Assembly: GCA_964016885.1 (NCBI GenBank)
Contig: OZ024743.1
Location: forward strand, 378,386,001-378,450,000
Origin: Eledone cirrhosa
Taxonomy: Eukaryota
Direction: 5' to 3'
Length of the DNA: 64,000 bases
Positions 32,401-44,989 of this stretch are shown one piece after another. Position 1 is the first letter of the stretch, and each line of letters opens with the position of its first letter. Below the pieces are notes generated by a model that searched no databases, was not told the DNA's origin, and saw only the letters and a list, made by a program, of their open reading frames with translations. The position numbers and the translations under genes are program-made.

Positions 32401-35400
32401 AGAAACTGGGGTAGTGGTGGGGTGTAAAACTCTCTCTCTAGTGTAAGAGAAACTGGGGTAGTGGTGGGGTGTAAAACTCTCTCTCTCTAGTGTAAGAGAA
32501 ACTGGGGTAGTGGTGGGGTGTAAAACTCTCTCTCTAGTGTAAGAGAAACTGGGGTAGTGGTGGGGTGTAAAACTCTCTCTCTAGTGTAAGAGAAACTGGG
32601 GTAGTGGTGGGGTGTATAACTCTCTCTCTCTAGTGTAAGAGAAACTGGGGTAGTGGTGGGGTGTAAAACTCTCTGTCTCTCTCTAGTGTAGGAGAAACTG
32701 GGGTAGTGGTGGGGTGTAAAACTCTCTGTCTCTAGTGTAGGAGAAACTGGGGTAGTGGTGGGGTGTAAAACTCTCTCTCTCTCTCTAGTGTAGGAGAAAC
32801 TGGGGTAGTGGTGGGGTGTAAAACTCTCTCCCTCTCTCTAGTGTAGGAGAAACTGGGGTAGTGGTGGGCTGTAAAACTCTCTCTCTCTATTGTAAGAGAA
32901 ACTGGGGTAGTGGTGTGGTGTAAAACTCTCTGTCTCTCTCTAGTGTAGGAGAAACTGGGGTAGTGGTGGGCTGTAAAACTCTCTCTCTCTATTGTAAGAG
33001 AAACTGGGGTAGTGGTGGGGTGTAAAACTCTCTGTCTCTCTCTAGTGTAGGAGAAACTGGGGTAGTGGTGGGCTGTAAAACTCTCTCTCTCTATTGTAAG
33101 AGAAACTAGGGTAGTGGTGGGGTGTAAAACTCTCTGTCTGTCTCTAGTGTAGGAGAAACTGGGGTAGTGGTGAGGTGTAAAACTCTCTCTCTCTAGTGTA
33201 GGAGAAACTGGGGTAGTGGTGGGGTGTAAAACTCTCTCTCTCTAGTGTAAGAGAAACTGGGGTAGTGGTGGGGTGTAAAACTCTCTGTCTCTCTCTAGTG
33301 TAGGAGAAACTGGGGTAGTGGTGGGGTGTAAAACTCTCTGTCTCTCTCTAGTGTAGGAGAAACTGGGGTAGTGGTGGGGTGTAAAACTCTCTCTCTAGTG
33401 TAGGAGAAACTGGGGTAGTGGTGGGGTGTAAAACTCTCTCTCTCTAGTGTAGGAGAAACTGGGGTAGTGGTGGGGTGTAAAACTCTCTCTCTCTAGTGTA
33501 AGAGAAACTGGGGTAGTGGTGGGGTGTAAAACTCTCTCTAGTGTAGGAGAAACTGGGGTAGTGGTGGGGTGTAAAACTCTCTCTCTAGTGTAGGAGAAAC
33601 TGGGGTAGTGGTGGGGTGTAAAACTCTCTCTCTAGTGTAGGAGAAACTGGGGTAGTGGTGGGGTGTAAAACTCTCTCTCTCTAGTGTAAGAGAAACTGGG
33701 GTAGTGGTGGGGTGTAAAACTCTCTCTAGTGTAGGAGAAACAGGGGTAGTGGTTGGGTGTAAAACTCTCTCTCTCTCTCTAGTGTAGGAGAAACAGGGGT
33801 AGTGGTTGGGTGTAAAACTCTCTCTCTCTCTCTCTAGTGTAGGAGAAACTGGGGTAGTGGTTCGGTGTAAAACTCTCTCTCTAGTGTAGGAGAAAACAGG
33901 GGTAGTGGTGGGGTGTAAAACTCTCTCTCTCTCTCTAGTGTAGGAGAAACTGGGGTAGTGGTGGGGTGTAAAACTCTCTCTCTCTAGTGTAGGAGAAACT
34001 GGGGTAGTGGTGGGGTGTAAAACTCTCTCTCTCTCTCTAGTGTAGGAGAAACTGGGGTAGTGGTTGGGTGTAAAACTCTCTCTCTCTCTCTAGTGTAGGA
34101 GAAACTGGGGTAGGGGTGGGGTGTAAAACTCTCTCTCTCTCTAGTGTAGGAGAAACTGGGTTAGTGGTTGGGTGTAAAACTCTCTCTCTCTCTCTAGTGT
34201 AGGAGAAACTGGGGTAGGGGTGGGGTGTAAAACTCTCTCTCTTTCTAGTGTAGGAAAACTGGGGTAGTGGTGGGGTGTAAAACTCGCTCTCTTTCTAGTG
34301 TAGGAGAAACTGGGGTAGTGGTGGGGTGTAAAACTCTCTCTCTCTCTAGTGTAGGAGAAACTGGGGTAGTGGTGGGTTGTAAAACTCTCTCTCTCTACTG
34401 TAGGAGAAACTGGGGGAGTGGTGGGGAGTAAAACTCTCTCTCTCTCTAGTGTAGGAGAAACTGGGGTAGTGGTTGGCTGTAAAACTCTCTCTCTCTCTAG
34501 TGTAGGAGAAACTGGGGTAGTGGTGGGGTGTAAAACTCTCTCTCTAGTGTAGGAGAAACTGGGGTAGTGGTGGGGTGTAAAACTCTCTCTCTCTAGTGTA
34601 GGAGAAACTGGGGTAGTGGTGGGGTGTAAAACTCTCTTTCTAGTGTAGGAGAAACTGGGGTAGTGGTGGGGTGTAAAACTCTCTCTCTCTCTAGTGTAGG
34701 AGAAACTGGGGTAGTGGTGGGGTGTAAAACTCTCTCTCTCTCTCTAGTGTAGGAAAAACTGGGGTAGTGGTGGGGTGTAAAACTCTCTCTCTCTCTAGTG
34801 TAGGAGAAACTGGGGTAGTGGTGGGGTGTAAAACTCTCTGTCTCTCTCTAGTGTAGGAGAAACTGGGGTAGTGGTGGGGTGTAAAACTCTCTCTCTCTAG
34901 TGTAGGAGAAACTGGTGTAGTGGTGGGGTGTAAAACTCTCTCTCTCTCTAGTGTAGGAGAAACTGGGGTAGTGGTAGGGTGTAAAACTCTCTCTCTAGTG
35001 TAGGAGAAACTGGGGTAGTGGTGGGGTGTAAAACTCTCTCTCTAGTGTAGGAGAAACTGGGGTAGTGGTGGGGTGTAAAACTCTCTCTCTAGTGTAGGAG
35101 AAACTGGGGTAGTGGTGGGGTGTAAAACTCTCTCTCTCCCTAATGTAGGAGAAACTGGGGTAGTGGTGGGGTGTAAAACTCTCTCTAGTGTAGGAAAAAC
35201 TGGGGTAGTGGTGGGGTGTAAAACTCTCTCTCTCCCTAATGTAGGAGAAACTGGGGTAGTCGTGGGGTGTAAAACTCTCTCAAGTGTAGGAAAAACTGGG
35301 GTAGTGGTGGGGTGTAAAACTCTCTCTCTAGTGTAGGAGAAACTGGGGTAGTGGTGGGGTGTAAAACTCTCTCTCTCTAGTGTAGGAGAAACTGGGGTAG

Positions 35401-38400
35401 TGGTGGGGTGTAAAACTCTCTCTCTAGTGTAAGAGAAACTGGGGTAGTGGTGGGGTGTAAAACTCTCTCTCTAGTGTAAGAGAAACTGGGGTAGTGGTGG
35501 GGTGTAAAACTCTCTCTCTCTAGTGTAAGAGAAACTGGGGTAGTGGTGGGGTGTAAAACTCTCTCTCTAGTGTAGGAGAAACTGGGGTAGTGGTGGGGTG
35601 TAAAACTCTCTCTCTCTCTAGTGTAGGAGAAACTGGGGTAGTGGTGGGGTGTAAAACTCTCTCTCTCTAGTGTAAGAGAAACTGAGGTAGTGGTGGGGTG
35701 TAAAACTCTCTCTCTAGTGTAGGAGAAACTGGGGTAGTGGTGGGGTGTAAAACTCTCTCTCTCTAGTGTAGGAGAAACTGGGGTAGTGGTGGGGTGTAAA
35801 ACTCTCTCTCTCTAGTGTAAGAGAAACTGGGGTAGTGGTTGGGCGTAAAACTCTCTCTAGTGTAGGAGAAACTGGGGTAGTGGTGGGGTGTAAAACTCTC
35901 TCTCTAGTGTAGGAGAAACTGGGGTAGTGGTGGGGTGTAAAACTCTCTCTCTAGTGTAGGAGAAACTGGGGTAGTGGTGGGGTGTAAAACTCTCTCTCTA
36001 GTGTAGGAGAAACTGGGGTAGTGGTGGGGTGTAAAACTCTCTCTCTCTCTCTCTCTAGTGTAGGAGAAACTGGGGTAGTGGTGGGGTGTAAAACTCTCTC
36101 TCTCTCTCTCTCTAGCGTAAGAGAAACTGGGGTAGTGGTTGGGTGTAAAACTCTCTCTCTCTCTCTCTCTCTAGTGTAAGAGAAACTGGGGTAGTGGTGG
36201 TGTGTAAAACTCTCTCTCTCTCTCTCTCTCTAGTGTAGGAGAAACTGGGGTAGTGGTGGGGTGTAAAACTCTCTCTCTAGTGTAGGAGAAACTGGGGTAG
36301 TGGTGGGGTGTAAAACTCTCTCTCTACTGTAGTAGAAACTGGGGTATGGTGGGGTGTAAAACTCTCTCTCTCTCTCTCTCTCTAGTGTAGGAGAAACTGG
36401 GGTAGTGGTGGGGTGTAAAACTCTCTCTCTAGTGTAGGAGAAACTGGGGTAGTGGTGGGGTGTAAAACTCTCTCTCTAGTGTAGGAGAAACTGGGGTAGT
36501 GGTGGGGTGTAAAACTCTCTCTCTATTGTAGGAGAAACTGGGGTAGTGGTGGGGTGTAAAACTCTCTCTCTAGTGTAGGAGAAACTGGGGTAGTGGTGGG
36601 GTGTAAAACTCTCTCTCTATTGTAGGAGAAACTGGGGTAGTGGTGGGGTGTAAAACTCTCTCTCTAGTGTAGGAGAAACTGGGGTAGTGGTGGGGTGTAA
36701 AACTCTCTCTCTATTGTAGGAGAAACTGGGGTAGTGGTGGGGTGTAAAACTCTCTCTCTAGTGTAGGAGAAACTGGGGTAGTGGTGGGGTGTAAAACTCT
36801 CTCTAGTGTAGGAGAAACTGGGGCAGTGGTGGGGTGTAAAACTCTCTCTCTAGTGTAGGAGAAACTGGGGCAGTGGTGGGGTGTAAAACTCTCTGTCTCT
36901 AGTGTAGGAGAAACTGGGGCAGTGGTGGGGTGTAAAACTCTCTCTCTATTGTAGGAGAAACTGGGGTAGTGGTGGGGTGTAAAACTCTCTCTCTAGTGTA
37001 GGTGAAACTGGGGTAGTGGTGGGGTGTAAAACTCTCTCTATTGTAGGAGAAACTGGGGTAGTGGTGGGGTGTAAAACTCTCTCTCTAGTGTAGGAGAAAC
37101 TGGGGTAGTGGTGGGGTGTAAAACTCTCTCTCTATTGTAGGAGAAACTGGGGTAGTGGTGGGGTGTAAAACTCTCTCTCTAGTGTAGAAGAAACTGGGGT
37201 AGTGGTGGGGTGTAAAACTCTCTCTCTAGTGTAGGAGAAACTGGGGCAGTGGTGGGGTGTAAAACTCTCTCTCTAGTGTAGGAGAAACTGGGGCAGTGGT
37301 GGGGTGTAAAACTCTCTCTCTAGTGTAGGAGAAACTGGGGCAGTGGTGGGGTGTAAAACTCTCTCTCTAGTGTAGGAGAAACTGGGGCAGTGGTGGGGTG
37401 TAAAACTCTCTCTCTCTCTCTCTAGTGTAGGAGAAACTGGGGTAGTGGTGGGGTGTAAAACTCTCTCTCTAGTGTAGGAGAAACTGGGGCAGTGGTGGGG
37501 TGTAAAACTCTCTCTCTCTCTCTCAAGTGTAGGAGAAACTGGGGTAGTGGTGGGGTGTAAAACTCTCTCTCTAGTGTAGGAGAAACTGGGGCAGTGGTGG
37601 GGTGTAAAACTCTCTCTCTAGTGTAGGAGAAACTGGGGCAGTGGTGGGGTGTAAAACTCTCTCTCTAGTGTAGGAGAAACTGGGGCAGTGGTGGGGTGTA
37701 AAACTCTCTCTCTAGTGTAGGAGAAACTGGGGCAGTGGTGGGGTGTAAAACTCTCTCTCTCTCTCTCTAGTGTAGGAGAAACTGGGGTAGTGGTGGGGTG
37801 TAAAACTCTCTCTCTAGTGTAGGAGAAACTGGGGGAGTGGTGGGGTGTAAAACTCTCTCTCTAATGTAGGAGAAACTGGGGCAGTGGTGGGGTGTAAAAC
37901 TCTCTCTCTCTAGTGTAAGAGAAACTGGGGTAGTGGTGGGGTGTAAAACTCTCTCTCTAGTGTAAGAGAAACTGGGGTAGTGGTGGGGTGTAAAACTCTC
38001 TCTCTCTAGTGTAAGAGAAACTGGGGTAGTGGTGGGGTGTAAAACTCTCTATTTAGTGTAAGAGAAACTGGGGTAGTGGTGCGGTGTAAAACTCTCTCTC
38101 TAGTGTAAGAGAAAGTGGGGTAGTGGTGGGGTGTAAAACTCTCTCTCTCTAGTGTAAGAGAAACTGGGGTAGTGGTGGGGTGTAAAACTCTCTGTCTCTC
38201 TGTAGTGTAGGAGAAACTGGGGTAGTGGTGGGGTGTAAAACTCTCTGTCTCTAGTGTAGGAGAAACTGGGGTAGTGGTGGGGTGTAAAACTCTCTCTCTC
38301 TCTCTAGTGTAGGAGAAACTGGGGTAGTGGTGGGGTGTAAAACTCTCTCCCTCTCTCTAGTGTAGGAGAAACTGGGGTAGTGGTGGGCTGTAAAACTCTC

Positions 38401-41400
38401 TCTCTCTATTGTAAGAGAAACTGGGGTAGTGGTGTGGTGTAAAACTCTCTGTCTCTCTCTAGTGTAGGAGAAACTGGGGTAGTGGTGGGCTGTAAAACTC
38501 TCTCTCTCTATTGTAAGAAAAACTGGGGTAGTGGTGGGGTGTAAAACTCTCTGTCTCTCTCTAGTGTAGGAGAAACTGGGGTAGTGGTGGGCTGTAAAAC
38601 TCTCTCTCTCTATTGTAAGAGAAACTGGGGTAGTGGTGGGGTGTAAAACTCTCTCTCTCTAGTGTAGGAGAAACTGGGGTAGTGGTGGGGTGTAAAACTC
38701 TCTCTCTCTAGTGTAAGAGAAACTGGGGTAGTGGTGGGGTGTAAAACTCTCTGTCTCTCTCTAGTGTAGGAGAAACTGGGGTAGTGGTGGGGTGTAAAAC
38801 TCTCTCTCTCTAGTGTAGGAGAAACTGGGGTAGTGGTGGGGTGTAAAACTCTCTCTCTAGTGTAGGAGAAACTGGGGTAGTGGTGGGGTGTAAAACTCTC
38901 TCTCTCTAGTGTAGGAGAAACTGGGGTAGTGGTGGGGTGTAAAACTATCTCTCTCTAGTGTAAGAGAAACTGGGGTAGTGGTGGGGTGTAAAACTCTCTC
39001 TAGTGTAGGAGAAACTGGGGTAGTGGTGGGGTGTAAAACTCTCACCCTAGTGTAGGAGAAACTGGGGTAGTGGTGGGGTGTAAAACTCTCTCTCTAGTGT
39101 AGGAGAAACTGGGGTAGTGGTGGGGTGTAAAACTCTCTCTCTAGTGTAGGAGAAACTGGGGTAGTGGTGGGGTGTAAAACTCTCTCTCTCTCTCTCTATC
39201 TAGTGTAGGAGAAACTGGGGTAGTGGTGGGGTGTAAAACTCTCTCTCTCTAGTGTAAGAGAAACTGGGGTAGTGGTGGGGTGTAAAACTCTCTCTAGTGT
39301 AGGAGAAACTGGGGTAGTGGTGGGGTGTAAAACTCTCTCTCTAGTGTAGGAGAAACTGGGGTAGTGGTGGGGTGTAAAACTCTCTCTCTAGTGTAGGAGA
39401 AACTGGGGTAGTGGTGGGGTGTAAAACTCGCTCTCTAGTGTAGGAGAAACTGGGGTAGTGGTGGGGTGTAAAACTCTCTCTCTCTCTCTCTCTCTAGTGT
39501 AGGAGAAACTGGGGTAGTGGTGGGGTGTAAAACTCTCTCTCTCTCTCTCTCTCTAGTGTAAGAGAAACTGGGGTAGTGGTGGGGTGTAAAACTCTCTCTC
39601 TCTCTCTCTCTCTAGTGTAAGAGAAACTGGGATAGTGGTGGGGTGTAAAACTCTCTCTCTCCCTAATGTAGGAGAAACTGGGGTAGTGGTGGGGTGTAAA
39701 ACTCTCTCAAGTGTAGGAAAAACTGGGGTAGTGGTGGGGTGTAAAACTCTCTCTCTAGTGTAGGAGAAACTGGGGTAGTGGTGGGGTGTAAAACTCTCTC
39801 TCTCTAGTGTAGGAGAAACTGGGGTAGTGGTGGGGTGTAAAACTCTCTCTCTAGTGTAAGAGAAACTGGGGTAGTGGTGGGGTGTAAAACTCTCTCTCTA
39901 GTGTAAGAGAAACTGGGGTAGTGGTGGGGTGTAAAACTCTCTCTCTCTAGTGTAAGAGAAACTGGGGTAGTGGTGGGGTGTAAAACTCTCTCTCTAGTGT
40001 AGGAGAAACTGGGGTAGTGGTGGGGTGTAAAACTCTCTCTCTCTCTAGTGTAGGAGAAACTGGGGTAGTGGTGGGGTGTAAAACTCTCTCTCTCTAGTGT
40101 AAGAGAAACTGGGGTAGTGGTGGGGTGTAAAACTCTCTCTCTAGTGTAGGAGAAACTGGGGTAGTGGTGGGGTGTAAAACTCTCTCTCTCTAGTGTAGGA
40201 GAAACTGGGGTAGTGGTGGGGTGTAAAACTCTCTCTCTCTAGTGTAAGAGAAACTGGGGTAGTGGTTGGGCGTAAAACTCTCTCTAGTGTAGGAGAAACT
40301 GGGGTAGTGGTGGGGTGTAAAACTCTCTCTCTAGTGTAGGAGAAACTGGGGTAGTGGTGGGGTGTAAAACTCTCTCTCTAGTGTAGGAGAAACTGGGGTA
40401 GTGGTGGGGTGTAAAACTCTCTCTCTAGTGTAGGAGAAATTGGGGTAGTGGTGGGGTGTAAAACTCTCTCTCTCTCTCTCTCTCTAGTGTAGGAGAAACT
40501 GGGGTAGTGGTGGGGTGTAAAACTCTCTCTCTCTCTCTCCCTCTAGCGTAAGAGAAACTGGGGTAGTGGTGGGGTGTAAAACTCTCTCTCTCTCTCTCTC
40601 TCTAGTGTAAGAGAAACTGGGGTAGTGGTGGGGTGTAAAACTCTCTCTCTCTCTCTCTCTCTAGTGTAGGAGAAACTGGGGTAGTGGTGGGGTGTAAAAC
40701 TCTCTCTCTAGTGTAGGAGAAACTGGGGTAGTGGTGGGGTGTAAAACTCTCTCTCTAGTGTAGGAGAAACTGGGGTAGTGGTGGGGTGTAAAACTCTCTC
40801 TAGTGTAGGAGAAACTGGGGCAGTGGTGGGGTGTAAAACTCTCTCTCTAGTGTAGGAGAAACTGGGGCAGTGGTGGGGTGTAAAACTCTCTGTCTCTAGT
40901 GTAGGAGAAACTGGGGCAGTGGTGGGGTGTAAAACTCTCTCTCTATTGTAGGAGAAACTGGGGTAGTGGTGGGGTGTAAAACTCTCTCTCTAGTGTAGGT
41001 GAAACTGGGGTAGTGGTGGGGTGTAAAACTCTCTCTATTGTAGGAGAAACTGGGGTAGTGGTGGGGTGTAAAACTCTCTCTCTAGTGTAGGAGAAACTGG
41101 GGTAGTGGTGGGGTGTAAAACTCTCTCTCTATTGTAGGAGAAACTGGGGTAGTGGTGGGGTGTAAAACTCTCTCTCTAGTGTAGAAGAAACTGGGGTAGT
41201 GGTGGGGTGTAAAACTCTCTCTCTAGTGTAGGAGAAACTGGGGCAGTGGTGGGGTGTAAAACTCTCTCTCTAGTGTAGTAGAAACTGGGGTATGGTGGGG
41301 TGTAAAACTCTCTCTCTCTCTCTCTCTCTCTAGTGTAGGAGAAACTGGAGTAGTGGTGGGGTGTAAAACTCTCTCTCTAGTGTAGGAGAAACTGGGGTAG

Positions 41401-44400
41401 TGGTGGGGTGTAAAACTCTCTCTCTAGTGTAGGAGAAACTGGGGTAGTGGTGGGGTGTAAAACTCTCTCTCTATTGTAGGAGAAACTGGGGTAGTGGTGG
41501 GGTGTAAAACTCTCTCTCTAGTGTAGGAGAAACTGGGGTAGTGGTGGGGTGTAAAACTCTCTTTCTATTGTAGGAGAAACTGGGGTAGTGGTGGGGTGTA
41601 AAACTCTCTCTCTAGTGTAGGAGAAACTGGGGTAGTGGTGGGGTGTAAAACTCTCTCTCTATTGTAGGAGAAACTGGGGTAGTGGTGGGGTGTAAAACTC
41701 TCTCTCTAGTGTAGGAGAAACTGGGGTAGTGGTGGGGTGTAAAACTCTCTCTAGTGTAGGAGAAATTGGGGCAGTGGTGGGGTGTAAAACTCTCTCTCTA
41801 GTGTAGGAGAAACTGGGGCAGTGGTGGGGTGTAAAACTCTCTGTCTCTAGTGTAGGAGAAACTGGGGCAGTGGTGGGGTGTAAAACTCTCTCTCTATTGT
41901 AGGAGAAACTGGGGTAGTGGTGGGGTGTAAAACTCTCTCTCTAGTGTAGGTGAAACTGGGGTAGTGGTGGGGTGTAAAACTCTCTCTATTGTAGGAGAAA
42001 CTGGGGTAGTGGTGGGGTGTAAAACTCTCTCTCTAGTGTAGGAGAAACTGGGGTAGTGGTGGGGTGTAAAACTCTCTATTGTAGGAGAAACTGGGGTAGT
42101 GGTGGGGTGTAAAACTCTCTCTCTAGTGTAGAAGAAACTGGGGTAGTGGTGGGGTGTAAAACTCTCTCTCTAGTGTAGGAGAAACTGGGGCAGTGGTGGG
42201 GTGTAAAACTCTCTCTCTAGTGTAGGAGAAACTGGGGCAGTGGTGGGGTGTAAAACTCTCTCTCTAGTGTAGGAGAAACTGGGGCAGTGGTGGGGTGTAA
42301 AACTCTCTCTCTAGTGTAGGAGAAACTGGGGCAGTGGTGGGGTGTAAAACTCTCTCTCTCTCTCTCTAGTGTAGGAGAAACTGGGGTAGTGGTGGGGTGT
42401 AAAACTCTCTCTCTAGTGTAGGAGAAACTGGGGCAGTGGTGGGGTGTAAAACTCTCTCTCTCTCTCTCAAGTGTAGGAGAAACTGGGGTAGTGGTGGGGT
42501 GTAAAACTCTCTCTCTAGTGTAGGAGAAACTGGGGTAGTGGTGGGGTGTAAAACTCTCTCTCTAGTGTAGGAGAAACTGGGGCAGTGGTGGGGTGTAAAA
42601 CTCTCTCTCTAGTGTAGGAGAAACTGGGGCAGTGGTGGGGTGTAAAACTCTCTCTCTAGTGTAGGAGAAACTGGGGCAGTGGTGGGGTGTAAAACTCTCT
42701 CTCTCTCTCTCTAGTGTAGGAGAAACTGGGGTAGTGGTGGGGTGTAAAACTCTCTCTCTAGTGTAGGAGAAACTGGGGCAGTGGTGGGGTGTAAAACTCT
42801 CTCTCTCTAGTGTAAGAGAAACTGGGGTAGTGGTGGGGTGTTTAAACTCTCTCTCTAGTGTAAGAGAAACTGGGGTAGTGGTGGGGTGTAAAACTCTCTC
42901 TCTCTAGTGTAAGAGAAACTGGGGTAGTGGTGGGGTGTAAAACTCTCTCTCTAGTGTAAGAGAAACTGGGGTAGTGGTGGGGTGTAAAACTCTCTCTCTA
43001 GTGTAAGAGAAGCTGGGGTAGTGGTGGGGTGTAAAACTCTCTCTCTCTAGTGTAAGAGAAACTGGGGTAGTGGTGGGGTGTAAAACTCTCTGTCTCTCTC
43101 TAGTGTAGGAGAAACTGGGGTAGTGGTGGGGTGTAAAACTCTCTGTCTCTAGTGTAGGAGAAACTGGGGTAGTGGTGGGGTGTAAAACTCTCTCTCTCTC
43201 TCTAGTGTAGGAGAAACTGGGGTAGTGGTGGGGTGTAAAACTCTCTCCCTCTCTCTAGTGTAGGAGAAACTGGGGTAGTGGTGGGCTGTAAAACTCTCTC
43301 TCTCTATTGTAAGAGAAACTGGGGTAGTGGTGTGGTGTAAAACTCTCTGTCTCTCTCTAGTGTAGGAGAAACTAGGGTAGTGGTGGGCTGTAAAACTCTC
43401 TCTCTCTATTGTAAGAGAAATTGGGGTAGTGGTGGGGTGTAAAACTCTCTGTCTCTCTCTAGTGTAGGAGAAACTGGGGTAGTGGTGGGCTGTAAAACTC
43501 TCTCTCTCTATTGTAAGAGAAACTGGGGTAGTGGTGGGGTGTAAAACTCTCTCTCTCTAGTGTAGGAGAAACTGGGGTAGTGGTGGGGTGTAAAACTCTC
43601 TCTCTCTAGTGTAAGAGAAACTGGGGTAGTGGTGGGGTGTAAAACTCTCTGTCTCTCTCTAGTGTAGGAGAAACTGGGGTAGTGGTGGGGTGTAAAACTC
43701 TCTCTCTCTAGTGTAGGAGAAACTGGGGTAGTGGTGGGGGGTAAAACTCTCTCTCTAGTGTAGGAGAAACTGGGGTAGTGGTGGGGTGTAAAACTCTCTC
43801 TCTCTAGTGTAGGAGAAACTGGGGTAGTGGTGGGGTGTAAAACTCTCTCTCTCTAGTGTAAGAGAAACTGGGGTAGTGGTGGGGTGTAAAACTCTCTCTA
43901 GTGTAGGAGAAACTGGGGTAGTGGTGGGGTGTAAAACTCTCTCCCTAGTGTAGGAGAAACTGGGGTAGTGGTGGGGTGTAAAACTCTCTCTCTAGTGTAG
44001 GAGAAACTGGGGTAGTGGTGGGGTGTAAAACTCTCTCTCTAGTGTAGGAGAAACTGGGGTAGTGGTGGGGTGTAAAACTCTCTGTCTCTCTCTCTCTCTC
44101 TGGTGTAGGAGAAACTGGGGTAGTGGTGGGGTGTAAAACTCTCTCTAGTGTAAGAGAAACTGGGGTAGTGGTGGGGTGTAAAACTCTCTGTCTCTCTCTC
44201 TCTCTCTGGTGTAGGAGAAACTGGGGTAGTGGTGGGGTGTAAAACTCTCTCTAGTGTAGGAGAAACTGGGGTAGTGGTGGGGTGTAAAACTCTCTCTAGT
44301 GTAAGAGAAACTGGGGTAGTGGTGGGGTGTAAAACTCTCTCTAGTGTAAGAGAAACTGGGGTAGTGGTGGGGTGTAAAACTCTCTGTCTCTCTCTCTCTC

Positions 44401-44950
44401 TCTGGTGTAGGAGAAACTGGGGTAGTGGTGGGGTGTAAAACTCTCTCTAGTGTAGGAGAAACTGGGGTAGTGGTGGGGTGTAAAACTCTCTCTCTAGTGT
44501 AGGAGAAACTGGGGTAGTGGTGGGGTGTAAAACTCTCTCTCTAGTGTAGGAGAAACTGGGGTAGTGGTGGGGTGTAAAACTCTCTCTCTAGTGTAGGAGA
44601 AACTGGGGTAGTGGTGGGGTGTAAAACTCTCTCTCTCTCTCTCTCTCTAGTTTAGGAGAAACTGGGGTAGTGGTGGGGTGTAAAACTCTCTCTCTCTCTC
44701 TCTCTCTAGCGTAAGAGAAACTGGGGTAGTGGTGGGGTGTAAAACTCTCTCTCTCTCTCTCTCTCTAGTGTAAGAGAAACTGGGGTAGTGGTGGGGTGTA
44801 AAACTCTCTCTCTCTCTCTCTCTAGTGTAGGAGAAACTGGGGTAGTGGTGGGGTGTAAAACTCTCTCTCTAGTGTAGGAGAAACTGGGGTAGTGGTGGGG
44901 TGTAAAACTCTCTCTCTAGTGTAGTAGAAACTGGGGTAGTGGTGGGGTGT

Positions 44951-44989
<39 letters not shown>

